From Eledone cirrhosa (lineage: Eukaryota), in contig OZ024742.1 in the NCBI GenBank assembly GCA_964016885.1, positions 205,964,001 to 206,028,000 on the forward strand: a DNA stretch of 64,000 nucleotides, written 5' to 3'. This document shows, in pieces, positions 27,204 through 38,984 of this stretch (within the stretch, counting starts at the first letter, position 1; each line of letters opens with the position of its first letter). Position numbers and translations under genes: made by a program. The notes under the pieces were generated by a model, which was given only the letters and a program-made list of their open reading frames with translations, searched no databases and was not told the origin of the DNA.

Positions 27204-27503
27204 AATACTAGTTGAGAAAATTGGGTAACGTGTCTCTGGGGATGGAAAAATGTTAATGCAGGCACCTGTGTCCAATTTTTTAGTCTCCAGGAGTATTTTA
27301 CCCAATTTCCTCAACAATCATTTATAGTGAAACAACTACTAGTAGTAGTAGTAGTACTACTACTACTACTACTACTACTTGTTTCACTCTAAATCAAAGG
27401 TTCTCAACGGGGGGGGGGGCATATGCAACCCCGGGGGGCATTTCGGAACTCCAGGGGTGTTTGGGAGTTAGGGGGGGGGGCGTTTGGAACTTTGGGGGGC
27501 ACT
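26751..27503. repeat. (TAG)n/(CTA)n microsatellite complex with a ~345-bp tandem duplication
   Basis: About 26800-27160 is repeated at about 27160-27503; each unit holds an inverted copy of 30145-30270 and the left end of the hAT element. Confidence 0.85.
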
Positions 27504-27861
27504 GGAAGGCTCTTTACTTTGGTAAGTTTTATAAGCCATATTTGTATGTCTTTTAGACAGCCAGTGTGAATGCATTTGAATGAGCATGCAGATAGCATAA
27601 CTATGGTCTGACCGCAGCTGTGAAGGTGTGTCTAGATATTAACCGGCAATTGAGATCCTAACAATGGAAAAACCCACAGTCAACTGGGTCAAGGACACTT
27701 CGAGCGCAGCCAGTTAGAATCTTGTCTTTCTTTCATCGATAACAATGTATTTCATGTCTGAAATTATTGACTCAACCATAACGAGTTAAAACTATGTAGA
27801 TCTATTTTATTCCCAATTGGATAAATAATATTACAAATAAAAAAAAACAAAAAAAAACACA

Positions 27862-28425
27862 GAAGCGAGTAGCACACACACATCTAGGACCACATGCAAC
27901 ACATAAGGAGGTAGCACACACATCTAGGACCACATACAACACACAAGCAGGTAATACACACATTTAGGACCACATACAACACATAAGCAGGTAATACATA
28001 CATCTAGGACTACATGCAACATATAAGGAGGTAGCACACACATCTAGGACCACATACAACACACAAGCAGGTAATACACACATCTAGGACCACATAAAAC
28101 ACATAAGCAGGTAATACATACATCTAGGACCATATGCAACACATAAGGAGGTAGCACACACATCTAGGACCACATACAACACATAAGCAGGTAATACACA
28201 CATTTAGGACCACATACAACACATAAGCAGGTAGTACATACATCTAGGACCACATACAATACATAAGGAGGTAATACAAACATCTAGGACCACATACAAC
28301 ACACAAGCAGGTAATATATATAGCTGGGACCACATGCATACATAAGCAGGTAATACAAACATCTAGGACTACATACAACACACAGGCAAGTAATACATAC
28401 AACTAGGACCAAATACAACACACAA
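27862..28425. repeat. 40-bp minisatellite, about 14 copies
   Basis: Consensus GCAGGTAATACACACATCTAGGACCACATACAACACATAA; CAT(C/T)TAGGAC recurs every 40 bp from 27881. Confidence 0.95.
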
Positions 28426-29479
28426 TGTATCATGTGCTACGGACGCCGCAAGAGCAATGGTCGGCCAGCATAAGGGTTTCGTCACTCTTCTGAAGAGAGA
28501 AAATCTATCTGTATTTGTTGTTCATTGTGTCATTCATCGACAACACTTGGCTGCGAAGAAACTCAGCGAGCCGCTGAGCAAATCCTAGCAGGTGGCCATT
28601 GATGTCATCAATTTTATCAAACGGCATTCCCTGAATGAACGAATTTTCCGGTAACTGTGCCAAGATAATGACGAAGAATTCGTCAAGTTGCTCCTTCATA
28701 ATGAAGTGAGGTGGCTTTCAAAGGGCAAGTGCCTTACTCGCTTCTTTGAACTGTTCGACTCTATCATTAAGTTTCTGCGAGGATGCAACACAGAACTGTA
28801 CAAGAAAACCCTAGATGTGAGGCAAAACTGCGCCTACCTCACCGACATCTTCGACAAATGCAATAGCGTCATTTTGGCTTTGCAGGGGAAGAAGATCACC
28901 TTGTTTAAAGCAAGGAATGCTGTGAAAACATTCCTGGCCAAATTGAATGTCATCGAAAGGAATCTTTGTTGACGGGAATTCTATAATTTTCCTAGTGTCG
29001 CCAATGTTCAAAACATTGTAAGCGATGACCAACTCCAAATTTATACCGCTCATCTCCGTGCGCTACATGAGAAAACGGTTTGTCGACCTTTTGCCGATGG
29101 ACATCCCAATGTGGATAGCAGATCCCTTCATAGCTAGCGTCGATGATTTGGACGTTATATTTCAGGAAGAATTCATTGAACTTTAAGCAGATGACATGAT
29201 CCAAATTAGATTTCCCAAAATAGGTGAACGCCTTTTTTGGATGCAAGAGGAAATTCAGCGTCGATTTCCACACCTACATGCATAGGCTAGAGATTTGCTC
29301 TGCCTTTTCCAAGCTCATACTTAGTCAAAAGGAGGTTTGGTGCTGTTTCCAGACTGCACAGTAAGGCTCGCAACCGCTACAATGTAATTACATGTGGAGA
29401 TCTCTGGCTACATCTTACGAAAATCCAGCCTGACGTCAAAGAGTTAGCTAGACTCCATAAAGTTCAAGGGTCCCATTGA
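28425..29479 (+). pseudogene. Buster/Charlie (ZBED8/SCAND3-like) transposase, C-terminal part, with stops and frameshifts
   Basis: AMVGQHKGF, HCVIHRQHL, LLLHNEVRWLSKGKCL, AYLTDIF, FPSSYLV and the terminal HKVQGSH* motif. Confidence 0.9.
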
Positions 29480-30632
29480 AATGAGGTCAAAGTTAAAGTA
29501 AGTTGATTTATCCGAAAACTTGGATAGGCTATTGTTACAAAGCAAACTAGCAATTTTTTTTATTTGTAATTGCAGTCTGACTGGACTGGAAACCATCTAC
29601 TACAATTCACTTACTCATTTGTTGTATATATTTTACCATTTACTAATAAATATACCCTCCCGCGTGGTCATGAAAACCCTCTTCCGGGGTCTCTAAGCTC
29701 ACAAAGCAGAGGGGACATCAAGTTAGATATCAACATTTATTCTGTCCGTTTCATTAAACGGAAAATTGGAAAGCTTTGAAATGATATAATTGCCACTTTC
29801 TTCCAGATAAGAGCATTCTTTGGATAGACAGAATTGCTCTTGTTAAATGTTCAAAAGAGTTGGTATCACCTGGTGGGAATATAACAAATTCAACTGGTCC
29901 TTATTCATAAAAAAGAACATTTATGTTCCTTTTATTGAAATTTATATATTTCCTTTCAAGGAATGTATTTATACTCTCAACTGCCTGCAATGGTATCTTT
30001 GGAATATTGTTAATCAATTTTTTAGTAATCTACTGATATCAAAATCAGTAGTATATAAAAAAATGGAAAAATAGGGTAGGGGGCGTTTCGTGATTTCAAG
30101 GGACAAAAAGGAGGCGTTTGGCCTAAATGGGTTGAGAACCTGTGCTCTAAATGGTTGTTGAGGAAATTGGGTAAAATACTCCTGGAGACTAAAAAATTGG
30201 ACACAGGTGCCTGCATTAACTTTTTTCCATCCCCAGAGGCATGTTACCCAATTTTCTCAACTAGTATTTAATAGTGATTGACTATTATTATGGTCATTTG
30301 TGTTGGCATACTCACATTTCAAATTTCAATGGGTATTGTAAACATGGTTGGTGTTAGCAAAGGCATCCAGCTGTAAAAAACATGTATGTATACATGTATA
30401 CATGAATATATGTATACTCCATTATGTGGGATCACTCTTGAGTGCTACTGGTAACATGTAACTCAGTACAACCTGTTGCATGGTCGAGTCATTGGCGACT
30501 AAACTAGCAACCCCACCAAGTTTACTTGGTGAGGAGGGTGATTTTGGACACCCTGCAGGACAAAAAACCAAACCTGACAAAGGGCGGAAGAACTCATAAG
30601 AGTCAACAGCCATCCAGAAATGTGTAAATATG

Positions 30633-30639
<7 letters not shown>

Positions 30640-30686
<47 letters not shown>

Positions 30687-30722
30687 TATATATATATAAT
30701 TATATATATATATATATATATA

Positions 30723-30815
<93 letters not shown>
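30640..30815. repeat. (TA)n microsatellite
   Basis: Direct observation. Confidence 0.98.
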
Positions 30816-30817
<2 letters not shown>

Positions 30818-31347
30818 GGTTTAGCAAATAATGAAAAAGTTTCAAAATAAATTTTAAAAAATTAACTTTACTTACTATAGTTTCTAATCTCAAAAATAAA
30901 CGGAGACCATACGGCCTTCGTTGCAAAGAAAGATTCTCGTCAGAAGGTTCTTTTCATTCGAAGAATATAAAATTCTTGAATTTAAATTACGAACTAGCGC
31001 TATCCAAAACTGTTCCCGAGATGAGAGTAAATGAAGTGGAATCAATTTTTTCAAGGGCCGAAGTAAAGATAGAGGCAGAGGGAGGTAGGTCAATCGGCCA
31101 CCACTATCGCTAGCAGCAGTCGGAACGACCAAATTTTTTCTCAACATAGAGGAGAGTAGTAATAATAGGATATGTGTTCCTACACGCACAAGGCGCTAAG
31201 GGACACATGTATTTTCCAACCATATGCCAATGTAGTTCAATGGCAGGTTCATAAATTAACGAGCCAGAACATATATAATCAAGGTTTAGCAAATAATGAA
31301 AAAGTTTCAAAATAAATTTTAAAAAATTAACTTTACTTACTATAGTT

Positions 31348-31431
31348 ACCTTTACCGAATCGGTTTCGAATCTCAAAAATAAACGGAGACCATACGGCCT
31401 TCGTTGCAAAGAAAGATTCTCGTCAGAAGGT
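31348..31431 (-). ncRNA. Type I hammerhead ribozyme, canonical
   Basis: ACCTT-CTGACGA-GAATCT...AGATTC-GAAA-CCG ATT CGG-TA-AAGGT: all three stems pair, core intact, GUA cleavage triplet. Confidence 0.9.
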
Positions 31432-31554
31432 TCTTTTCATTCGAAGAATATAAAATTCTTGAATTTAAATTACGAACTAGCGCTATCCAAAACTGTTCCC
31501 GAGATGAGAGTAAATGAAGTGGAATCAATTTTTTATATTCTTCGAATGAAAAGA

Positions 31555-31638
31555 ACCTTCTGACGAGAATCTTTCTTTGCAACGAAGGCCGTATGGTCTC
31601 CGTTTATTTTTGAGATTCGAAACCGATTCGGTAAAGTT
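31555..31638 (+). ncRNA. Type I hammerhead ribozyme (inverted copy)
   Basis: CTGACGA 31560-31566, GAAA 31619-31622; same stems as 31348-31431 with one stem I mismatch (AAGTT). Confidence 0.85.
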
Positions 31639-32439
31639 AACTATAGTAAGTAAAGTTAATTTTTTAAAATTTATTTTGAAACTTTTTCATTATTTGCTAA
31701 ACCTTGATTATATATGTTCTGGCTCGTTAATTTATTAACCTGCCATTGAACCACATTGGCATATGGTTGGACAATACATGTGTCCCTTAGCGCTTTGTGC
31801 GTGTAGGAACACATATCCTATTATATATATATATATATATATAAATATGTTAATAATTGCTTGCATGTGTATGTATATGTATTAATTAATAATAGCAATA
31901 ATTGTATAATAGCATTAATTAATAATTATTAATAATGTTATATCGTGCAATGGCCATACTCGATAATGAGGGGGCAGCCATCATGTATACTCCATATAGT
32001 TATGTATACATATAAAAATAGATCATTACCCTTAACAATTTTACACCTGCTTTTCTAAGCAGGCATGCAACTTATTTTGAGACAGAATACTACTGTCTTT
32101 TCTGACACCAACCCTCAGTTTTTAAGTCACAGATCTTAGCATGTCAAATCACTGAGCAGAAGCCTCTCTTTTTATGCATAACATAAACAAACATTACCAC
32201 ATGTAATGTTGAAAGCAAAGAGAAAAGACAAACACATAAACACATAAATGTGTATGTGCATGTATAATGGGTTTCCTTACAGTTTCTGCCTTTAATTTGT
32301 TTGAGGTAATAGAAGATACTTGCCCAAGGCACCACACAATGGAATAGAACTGAAAGTCATGTGGTTGCAAAGAGAACCTCTTAACCACCAAGCCATGTCC
32401 TCATCTCTTTACCTCTCTCTTTCATACATATATATATAT

Positions 32440-33590
32440 ATATCATCATCATCGTTTAATGTACATCTTCCACGCTAGCATGGGTTACACGAGTTTTGTC
32501 CAACAGCTGGATCCCCTTCCTAGCACCAACAGCATTTACAGTGTGTGCTGGATGCTTTTTGCCATGTCTTTTACGTGACCACTTTACAGTGTGGGCCGGG
32601 CACTTTTTGTCAGGTCACCATCACGATCACTTTACAGCATGGGCTGGGAGGCATCACTAGATGCATTTACTTTGGCCTGTCCTAATGGGAGTGTATGAGA
32701 GGGTGAGTTAGGGCATACTGTATATATGCTTTGGCTTGTTCTCATGGGAAGTTGGGTCTTCTGTATTACTGCTTATCGCCAGAGATCTCGGTCATGTGTC
32801 ATTGCCTTTGAGAGGGGCCAGGTCGGCTTTTATCACCTCATCCCATGTCCTCCTGGGTCTCCCCACTCCAAGGCTTCCATCGACTTTGAGTGCTCTGCAC
32901 CTTTTTCTACAGCTGTCATCCTTCATACGCAACACATGTCCATACCAATGCAATCTCCTCTCCTGCACACATCATTTGATTCCTCTTATGCCTATTTTCT
33001 CTCTCAGTTCATTTATGTTTTACCGTTCTTGTATTATAAATCCATCGGAGCATGTAAGATTCATTTCTTTCCAATCTACTCAAGTCTTCTGCACATAGCG
33101 CCCAGGTCTCACGACCATGCAACATAGCTGTTTGTATGCCTTTCATTCTGAGGGAGAAGCCTTTTGTAGCCAGCAGTGGTAGTAGCTTCCTGAACTTCTT
33201 CCATCTCGTTCTTACTCTGGCTACAGTACTTTCAGAACTCCCACCACTGCTGGTAATTCGATCACTTAAGTAGCAAAAGCTGTCTACTGTTTCTACAGAG
33301 TTCTCCCAGAATTTGGTATCGCTTGTCTCCTGTGGCCGTTTGCTGCTTACTGTTCCAGTGCAACATGTAAAGCCTACATTCTTAGCTAAACTGCCTGAGA
33401 TCCCACTACATCTCTTGTGTACCCATAGTTTGCATATGGGGTAGAGGATGGATTTTCTACCTACGCCTTTCCTACATACCGAAGAAGGCCATTTCCTCGA
33501 GGGGATCTGGGTTCTGTTTTCTCTTCTACTTACTTTGTCAGGTTGACTTTAAGACCCCTTCTTTCTAGGCCCTGCTTTCAATTGTAATAG
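32440..33590 (-). mobile_element. RTE-clade LINE, 5'-truncated
   Basis: Reverse complement of the family at 45930-47050 (WVHKRCSG, VDSFCYL, WKKFRKL, LRWYGHV motifs) with the same 3' tail and (GAT)n end. Confidence 0.85.
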
Positions 33591-33630
33591 CCTTTGTTTT
33601 TAATTTCTTATCTTACATCCATATTAAATT

Positions 33631-33703
33631 TTTCATTCTGATGAGCGATTTCAGACGTCTCTATTGAGCTCGCGTGTCTTCATGAAACCTTTGGTAAATG
33701 GAA
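33631..33703 (+). ncRNA. Hammerhead-like motif with a 10-nt insertion
   Basis: TTTCATT-CTGATGA-GCGA...TCGC-[GTGTCTTCAT]-GAAA-CC TTT GG-TA-AATGGAA; lies about 30 nt before (TA)n. Confidence 0.5.
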
Positions 33704-33732
33704 TAATTGTTTTGTGTTGTTTATTACCTAAT

Positions 33733-33734
<2 letters not shown>

Positions 33735-33828
<94 letters not shown>

Positions 33829-33855
33829 ATTATACACATATATAAATATACACAC

Positions 33856-33908
<53 letters not shown>

Positions 33909-33917
33909 CACACACAT

Positions 33918-33969
<52 letters not shown>

Positions 33970-33972
33970 ATA
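33735..33972. repeat. (TA)n/(CA)n microsatellite
   Basis: Direct observation. Confidence 0.97.
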
Positions 33973-34390
33973 TGAAATAAAATAAAATAAAAAATAAAAA
34001 TATACAAAATAAAATAACGGGAAATATATACACACTGATGCAGAACGTAAGGTTAGGGGTAAAAATAAATACACACACATATATATATATAGATACACAT
34101 ACACACACATCTAGGAAGAATGAGGAGTTAAATATTACTTATATCTTTTTACAAGTTGAAATCTGCCAAGGATCTTGTTTTTACAAACGATTATAAGAAA
34201 AATACCTTAGTCGATCAGTTTGTTGCTTAGTACTTGCAGCGACGTGCTTCTGACTTCCATGATATAAATAAATGTCTCTTTAACGCTCAATTCTCTATAA
34301 ATATAAATTTAGTGTCTAAAGTTGATTTTTTTTTACAGACAATAGAATATCTCAAATTGCAGATAAGCCGTAGAAGAACAATTGACGAAA

Positions 34391-34632
34391 TGTAGAACAT
34401 GATTTGTTGATAACTGTTCTATTCCTTCTAACAGGATTATGGAAGGAATATAGCAGGAGTTAACCTGTAATTAGTCTTTTCATCTTCCCTGTCTGATTCA
34501 TCTTCGTGTTCTCGTGTACAGTGGTTTTCACGAGAAGGTAACAATGTATTCATACGCGACTTACCATTGGTCTGTTTAACAGAATTGCATATGAAATGTT
34601 GCTATTGCGAGGAATGACGTAGCTCCACTACA
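34391..34632 (-). repeat. Candidate 3' LTR of the gypsy element
   Basis: Minus strand reads purine tract GAGCAGAGAGTGA then TGTAG...CTACA. No matching 5' LTR found, so unconfirmed. Confidence 0.4.
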
Positions 34633-37600
34633 TCACTCTCTGCTCAGACTGGAAAGCAGTCGATAAAAATGAGGAGAAAATATCTGCAAGCAAAGCAAAT
34701 ACAAAAATGAAGAAAAAGAGAAAAAACGAATAGTTCATATGTAAATTGATTTACAAAGTTTCTTGAGCCAATGAACATGGCGACCACTACGAGTTGTCGT
34801 GACGTATGTTGAAGGTAAAGGAGTGTGTGCATGAAATTGTGGTGCTTGCGGTGGTGTTTGTATTGACACATTGTAGGAGGGGTAGTATGAGCTCTGGTGT
34901 GAGAGCATCTGTGTAAGCCCGCTTTAGTCTCTCAATAGAGACTGTCTCTATGTCTATTAAAGTCAATTGTGAAATACTTGTTTGTACATGCTAGTACGCA
35001 ATAGGGTTCAGAATAAGATGGAGTGAGAGGACTTCTCACTGCATCATTTCTGACAAAAACACGGGTCCACGAGGCAATGTCCCTCGGAACTAAATATTTG
35101 ATGGCTTGGTGCCTAGTGTTCATAGGAGGCAGGACTTGAAAATATGAACGCAAACGGTTCACATAGAGTGTAGGGTCCTGAGTAGAAAGATCGAGTGGGG
35201 AAAGCATCTGCCCTGGCAAATATAAAGTAGTGCCGTACAAAAGCTAGGCTGGAGAGAATCCAAGGTCCTCCTTAACTGAAGTGCGGATACCGAGTAGAAC
35301 TATGGGGAGGTAGTCGCTCCAATGTAGAGTATCCGGATAGGCACGCAATGCGGTCTTTAATTGGCGATGAAAATGCTCTACCGTTCCATTAGATGCAGGA
35401 TGGTAACTGGTAGTCCTGATGCGTTGAGCACCCATGATATTTGATAGATCCGTGAAAAGTTGAGATTCGAACTGCCTACCACGGTCTGTAGTAATCGTGG
35501 TAGGAACTCCGTAGCGCGATATCCATCCTGAAACTAGGGCTTGTGCTACTGATTCAGCAGTTATGTCACTAAGAGGGATGGCTTCAGGCCATCGGATGAA
35601 ACGATCAATGCAGGTCAGGATGTATGAATATCCACGACTGACAGGCCAAGGTCCCACGATATCGATATGTATGTGGCAAAAACGTGCGTCAGGAGTGCTA
35701 AATGTGCCGAGAGGTGCGCGAATATGTTTACGCACCTTCGACCTCTGACAAGCCAAACAGGAACGTGACCAAGCAGTAATATCACGTCTCATATTCGGCC
35801 AGAAGAATCTAGCTGAAATGAGTTTCACTGTGGTGGAAATTCCGGGGTGTGCCAGACTGTGTAGAGAATCGAAAACTATTCGACGATATGTCTCTGGGAC
35901 CAGAGGGCGAGGTGAATCTGTTGCAGTATCACAGAGAATCTGAGAGTCCTAAGTGAGTACAGGCAGGTATTTGAATTTGCAGCCTGCTAATTCAAGTGAA
36001 GAGAGATCCAACGACTCTAGGGTAGGCTGTTCTTCAGCCATAAGATGCAAGTCAATATTCGTCAGGTGCTGACAAGGAATTGATGGGTAGGCGAGATAAG
36101 GCGCATCCGCCGCTGTATTATGTTCACCAGAGATACGACGAATGTCATTCGTAAACTGGGATATGAAGTCCAAATGACGAGTTTCTCGAGTTGAGTATTT
36201 GTCCGGATTGGAACCAAGTGCGAACGTAATCGGACGATAGTCAGTAAAGATCGTAAATTGTCGGCCTTCCAGTGAATGCTGAAAGTGTTTGACAGACAGG
36301 AAAATGGCTAACAGTTCGCGACCGAAGGTGCTATAGCGGGATTCGGCGGGCTTTAGCTGCTTTTAAAAGAAAGCAAGAGGTTGAAGCTGTTGTTGGTGAT
36401 GTTGTTGCAATACTGCACCTACCGCTGTGCTTGATGCATCTACAACCAGTGAAAACTGGGCACCAGACACAGGGTGTGCAAGCAGAAATGTGTTTGCTAA
36501 ATTATGTTTAGCTTTGGAGAATGCTTCGAGTTGCATAGGTCCCAAAGCGATTGGTTCGTTCTTCTTCTTTCTGTTACGCAGGAGATCAGATAGTGGAGCT
36601 AAGAGTTCTGCGCAATGCGGGATAAACTGACGATAATAATTTAGAAGACCCAGGAACTGCCGCAGCTGTCGCAAGGAAGCAGGCGGAGGGAGTTGCTGAA
36701 GAGCCTTCACTTTCTCAGGAAGTGGGAATATTCCTTCAGAGTTAATCACGTGGCCCAAAAAGACGAGTGAAGCAGCGCCGAAAATACACTTCGCAGGGTT
36801 AATACGAACTTGGTACTGCCTAAATTGTTCAAACAGTTGGCGGAGATGCGAGATATGATCCTCCGGTGAAGCACTCGCGATGAGAATATCGTCGATTGAC
36901 AATATGAAAAATCGTGCCTTCGTCCATAAATCGCTGGAAGGTACTAGCAGCATTGCGTAATCCAAAAGGCATTGTTAAAAACTCGAATGCACCAACAGCA
37001 GTTTTAGGAATGTCCGCAGGATTCACAGGGTTTTGATGATAGGCTCTGATCAAGTCCAATTTAGGAAAAATAGTACATCCATGAAGCGAAGAAGCGAAAT
37101 CCTGGATATGAGGAATCGGGTAACGGTCAGGCAAAGTGATCGAATTTAATCTCAGAAAATCTGCAGTGGGACGCCAGTCTCCCGAACGTTTCGGAACCAT
37201 ATGCAAAGGCGTGGCCCACGGACTGGAAGAAGGGCGAACGATACCCAACTGCAGCATATGATTAAACTCTGCCTTAGCCGCTTTCACTTTTTCCGGAGAA
37301 AGGTGACGCGGGCATGATAAAACTGGAGCACCTTTAGTCTCAATAAAATACTTGGTAGAGTGAGTAGGGGTATCTACCGCAAAGTTCAGATTAGTTAATT
37401 CTGGAAAGGAATGTAAAAGCGCATGATACGGGTCATCCGAAGCAGCAATGAAGAAGACTGGAGTGGTGGACTGGATTACTGAAGTACGTCCAGGCGCAGA
37501 AATATTCGTAGTTGCGTCTAATAAACGACGTGTCCGCATATCAACCATTAGATTATAATGATGCAAAAAATCAGTATCCAGTATAGGATATGGCAAATCC

Positions 37601-38700
37601 GCTATGGTGAAAATCTATGAGAAATCTCTACGTAAATCCAGGTCCAAAGAGCGAGAGATTTGTCCATACTTAGGGATAGCAGAATGGTTGATAGCTTGTA
37701 GTGATATCTGTGAGAGAAGAGGTTTCTCTTTTAAAAGCTTCAAGGCCAAATGCTGCACGACGCACCGGTGTCAATGAGACAGCGTACGTGCGAGAAGGAA
37801 TCCGTGATAAAAAATGCACGACTGTCAGTACAAGATTGTGGAGAAGACTTCGTGCTTAATTCTCCGGTGATCCGTTTCCCTGGTTTGGAAAAGAACAATG
37901 CTGGATACATTTATGAGCCGAGGCTCTGAAACGCCTACGGTACCAGCACGATCGCAATGTTGAAGGCTGGAAACGACGATGTGAAGATTGCGAGCGATTT
38001 CGCAACCGTTGTTGGGGAGATTGTGATCTGGAGAATCGAAGTTGTTCCTCTTTTGTTAGGTCACGGATGGCCTTGAGCGTTGCCTCAGTGGGCGAAGTGG
38101 CGCTAGCAGAAACCGATGCGACAGGCGAAGATGAAGAAGAATTTGCTGCAAGTCGCGTCGGGGTAGAAGTGGTAGAGTTGTCGGTGTAGTCAACGATCTT
38201 ATCGGCGGACGAAGCCAACTGATCCGCCGAACTGGTTTCCGTCTTGGTGCCAAAATGGCTTGCATATTAGGAGGCAGCCTTGAGAAAAATAGCTGTTTAA
38301 TCATGACACTGTCGGCTGGTGAGTCTTCCGTGGGCTCTCTCATCCTACGTAAGAGCTGAGTAGGCCTACAATCGCCGAGATATTCGTCGTTCACCAAAGT
38401 ACGGAACTTCTCAGCAGAGACAGAAGTATGTTGGCGAATTTCCTTTTTGACGCTGTTATAAGTAGCTTCAGGAGACGGGTTAGTAATTAAGTCTTTAACC
38501 GTTGACGTTAAAGAAGCAGAAATGGACCTGAGCAAAAGATGGAGTTGTCTAGAATCTGAAGATATATTATTTGCTAGGAAATACGATTCCATCTGTGCGA
38601 GCCAGATCCGCACATCACCGATATACACTGGTAGTGAATTACTTGCCATTGCTAATGGTAATATAAGGACTGCTTCCCTCGACCGAAAGAAAAAGAAGAC
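34391..38700 (-). mobile_element. Ty3/gypsy LTR retrotransposon, degenerate (gag-PR-RT-RH-IN)
   Basis: gag (38056..38649, 37856..38218); protease LIDTGA near 37770-37790; [47 protein letters not shown]; RNase H VDASSTAVGAVLQQ; integrase [22 protein letters not shown]; C-terminal TRSGRHV near 34790. Confidence 0.92.
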
Positions 38701-38984
38701 AGACGTTCGTTAATTTCGGCTCAAAACAATAACTGGATTATTCCTCGTGTATAGAAAATAACACACATTTATTTATATTTTTATCAACGTGGCCTGTCGG
38801 ATTCCTTAGACCTGGCACAACGCCACATTCACTTCTTAACTCTTAATTTGTTTGTTCCTTAGTTTGACATGTCAACTCAACCCAATTAGTTGTGAACAAA
38901 ACATGCAAAAAGGTTTTAAAGACCTGTAGTGCCATTACCACAATAGAGAGTGCGCATGTTCAGGCCAAAATGAAAGCGATGGTA

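Larger units (their letters stand above)
27395..30144 (+). mobile_element. hAT-Charlie/Buster DNA transposon, non-autonomous (2750 bp)
   Basis: TIRs CAAAGGTTCTCAAC / GTTGAGAACCTGTG; perfect 8-bp TSD CTCTAAAT at 27387-27394 and 30145-30152. Confidence 0.93.
30816..31823. mobile_element. Non-coding HHR-containing retrozyme-like element, 483-nt unit, tandem arm plus inverted arm
   Basis: Left arm 30816-31533 repeats with period 483 (TCGTCAG at 30937 and 31420). Right arm about 31530-31823 is the reverse complement of about 31163-31455. (TA)n on both flanks. Confidence 0.85.

Noticed and set aside
27862-28425. Regular repeat array resembling CRISPR
   Set aside because: Contiguous 40-bp monomers with no unique spacers, no cas genes, eukaryotic context.
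30175-30220. CTGGAGA...GACA-CAGGTGCCTG-CA as a possible hammerhead
   Set aside because: Needs three core changes and stem I does not pair.
30890-31582. 99-aa and 69-aa ORFs in the 483-nt repeat
   Set aside because: No recognisable motifs; they repeat only because the DNA repeats, and frames are not preserved between units.
38720-38950. Possible 5' LTR and primer-binding site of the gypsy element
   Set aside because: No convincing similarity to the candidate 3' LTR and no TGG-type PBS found.
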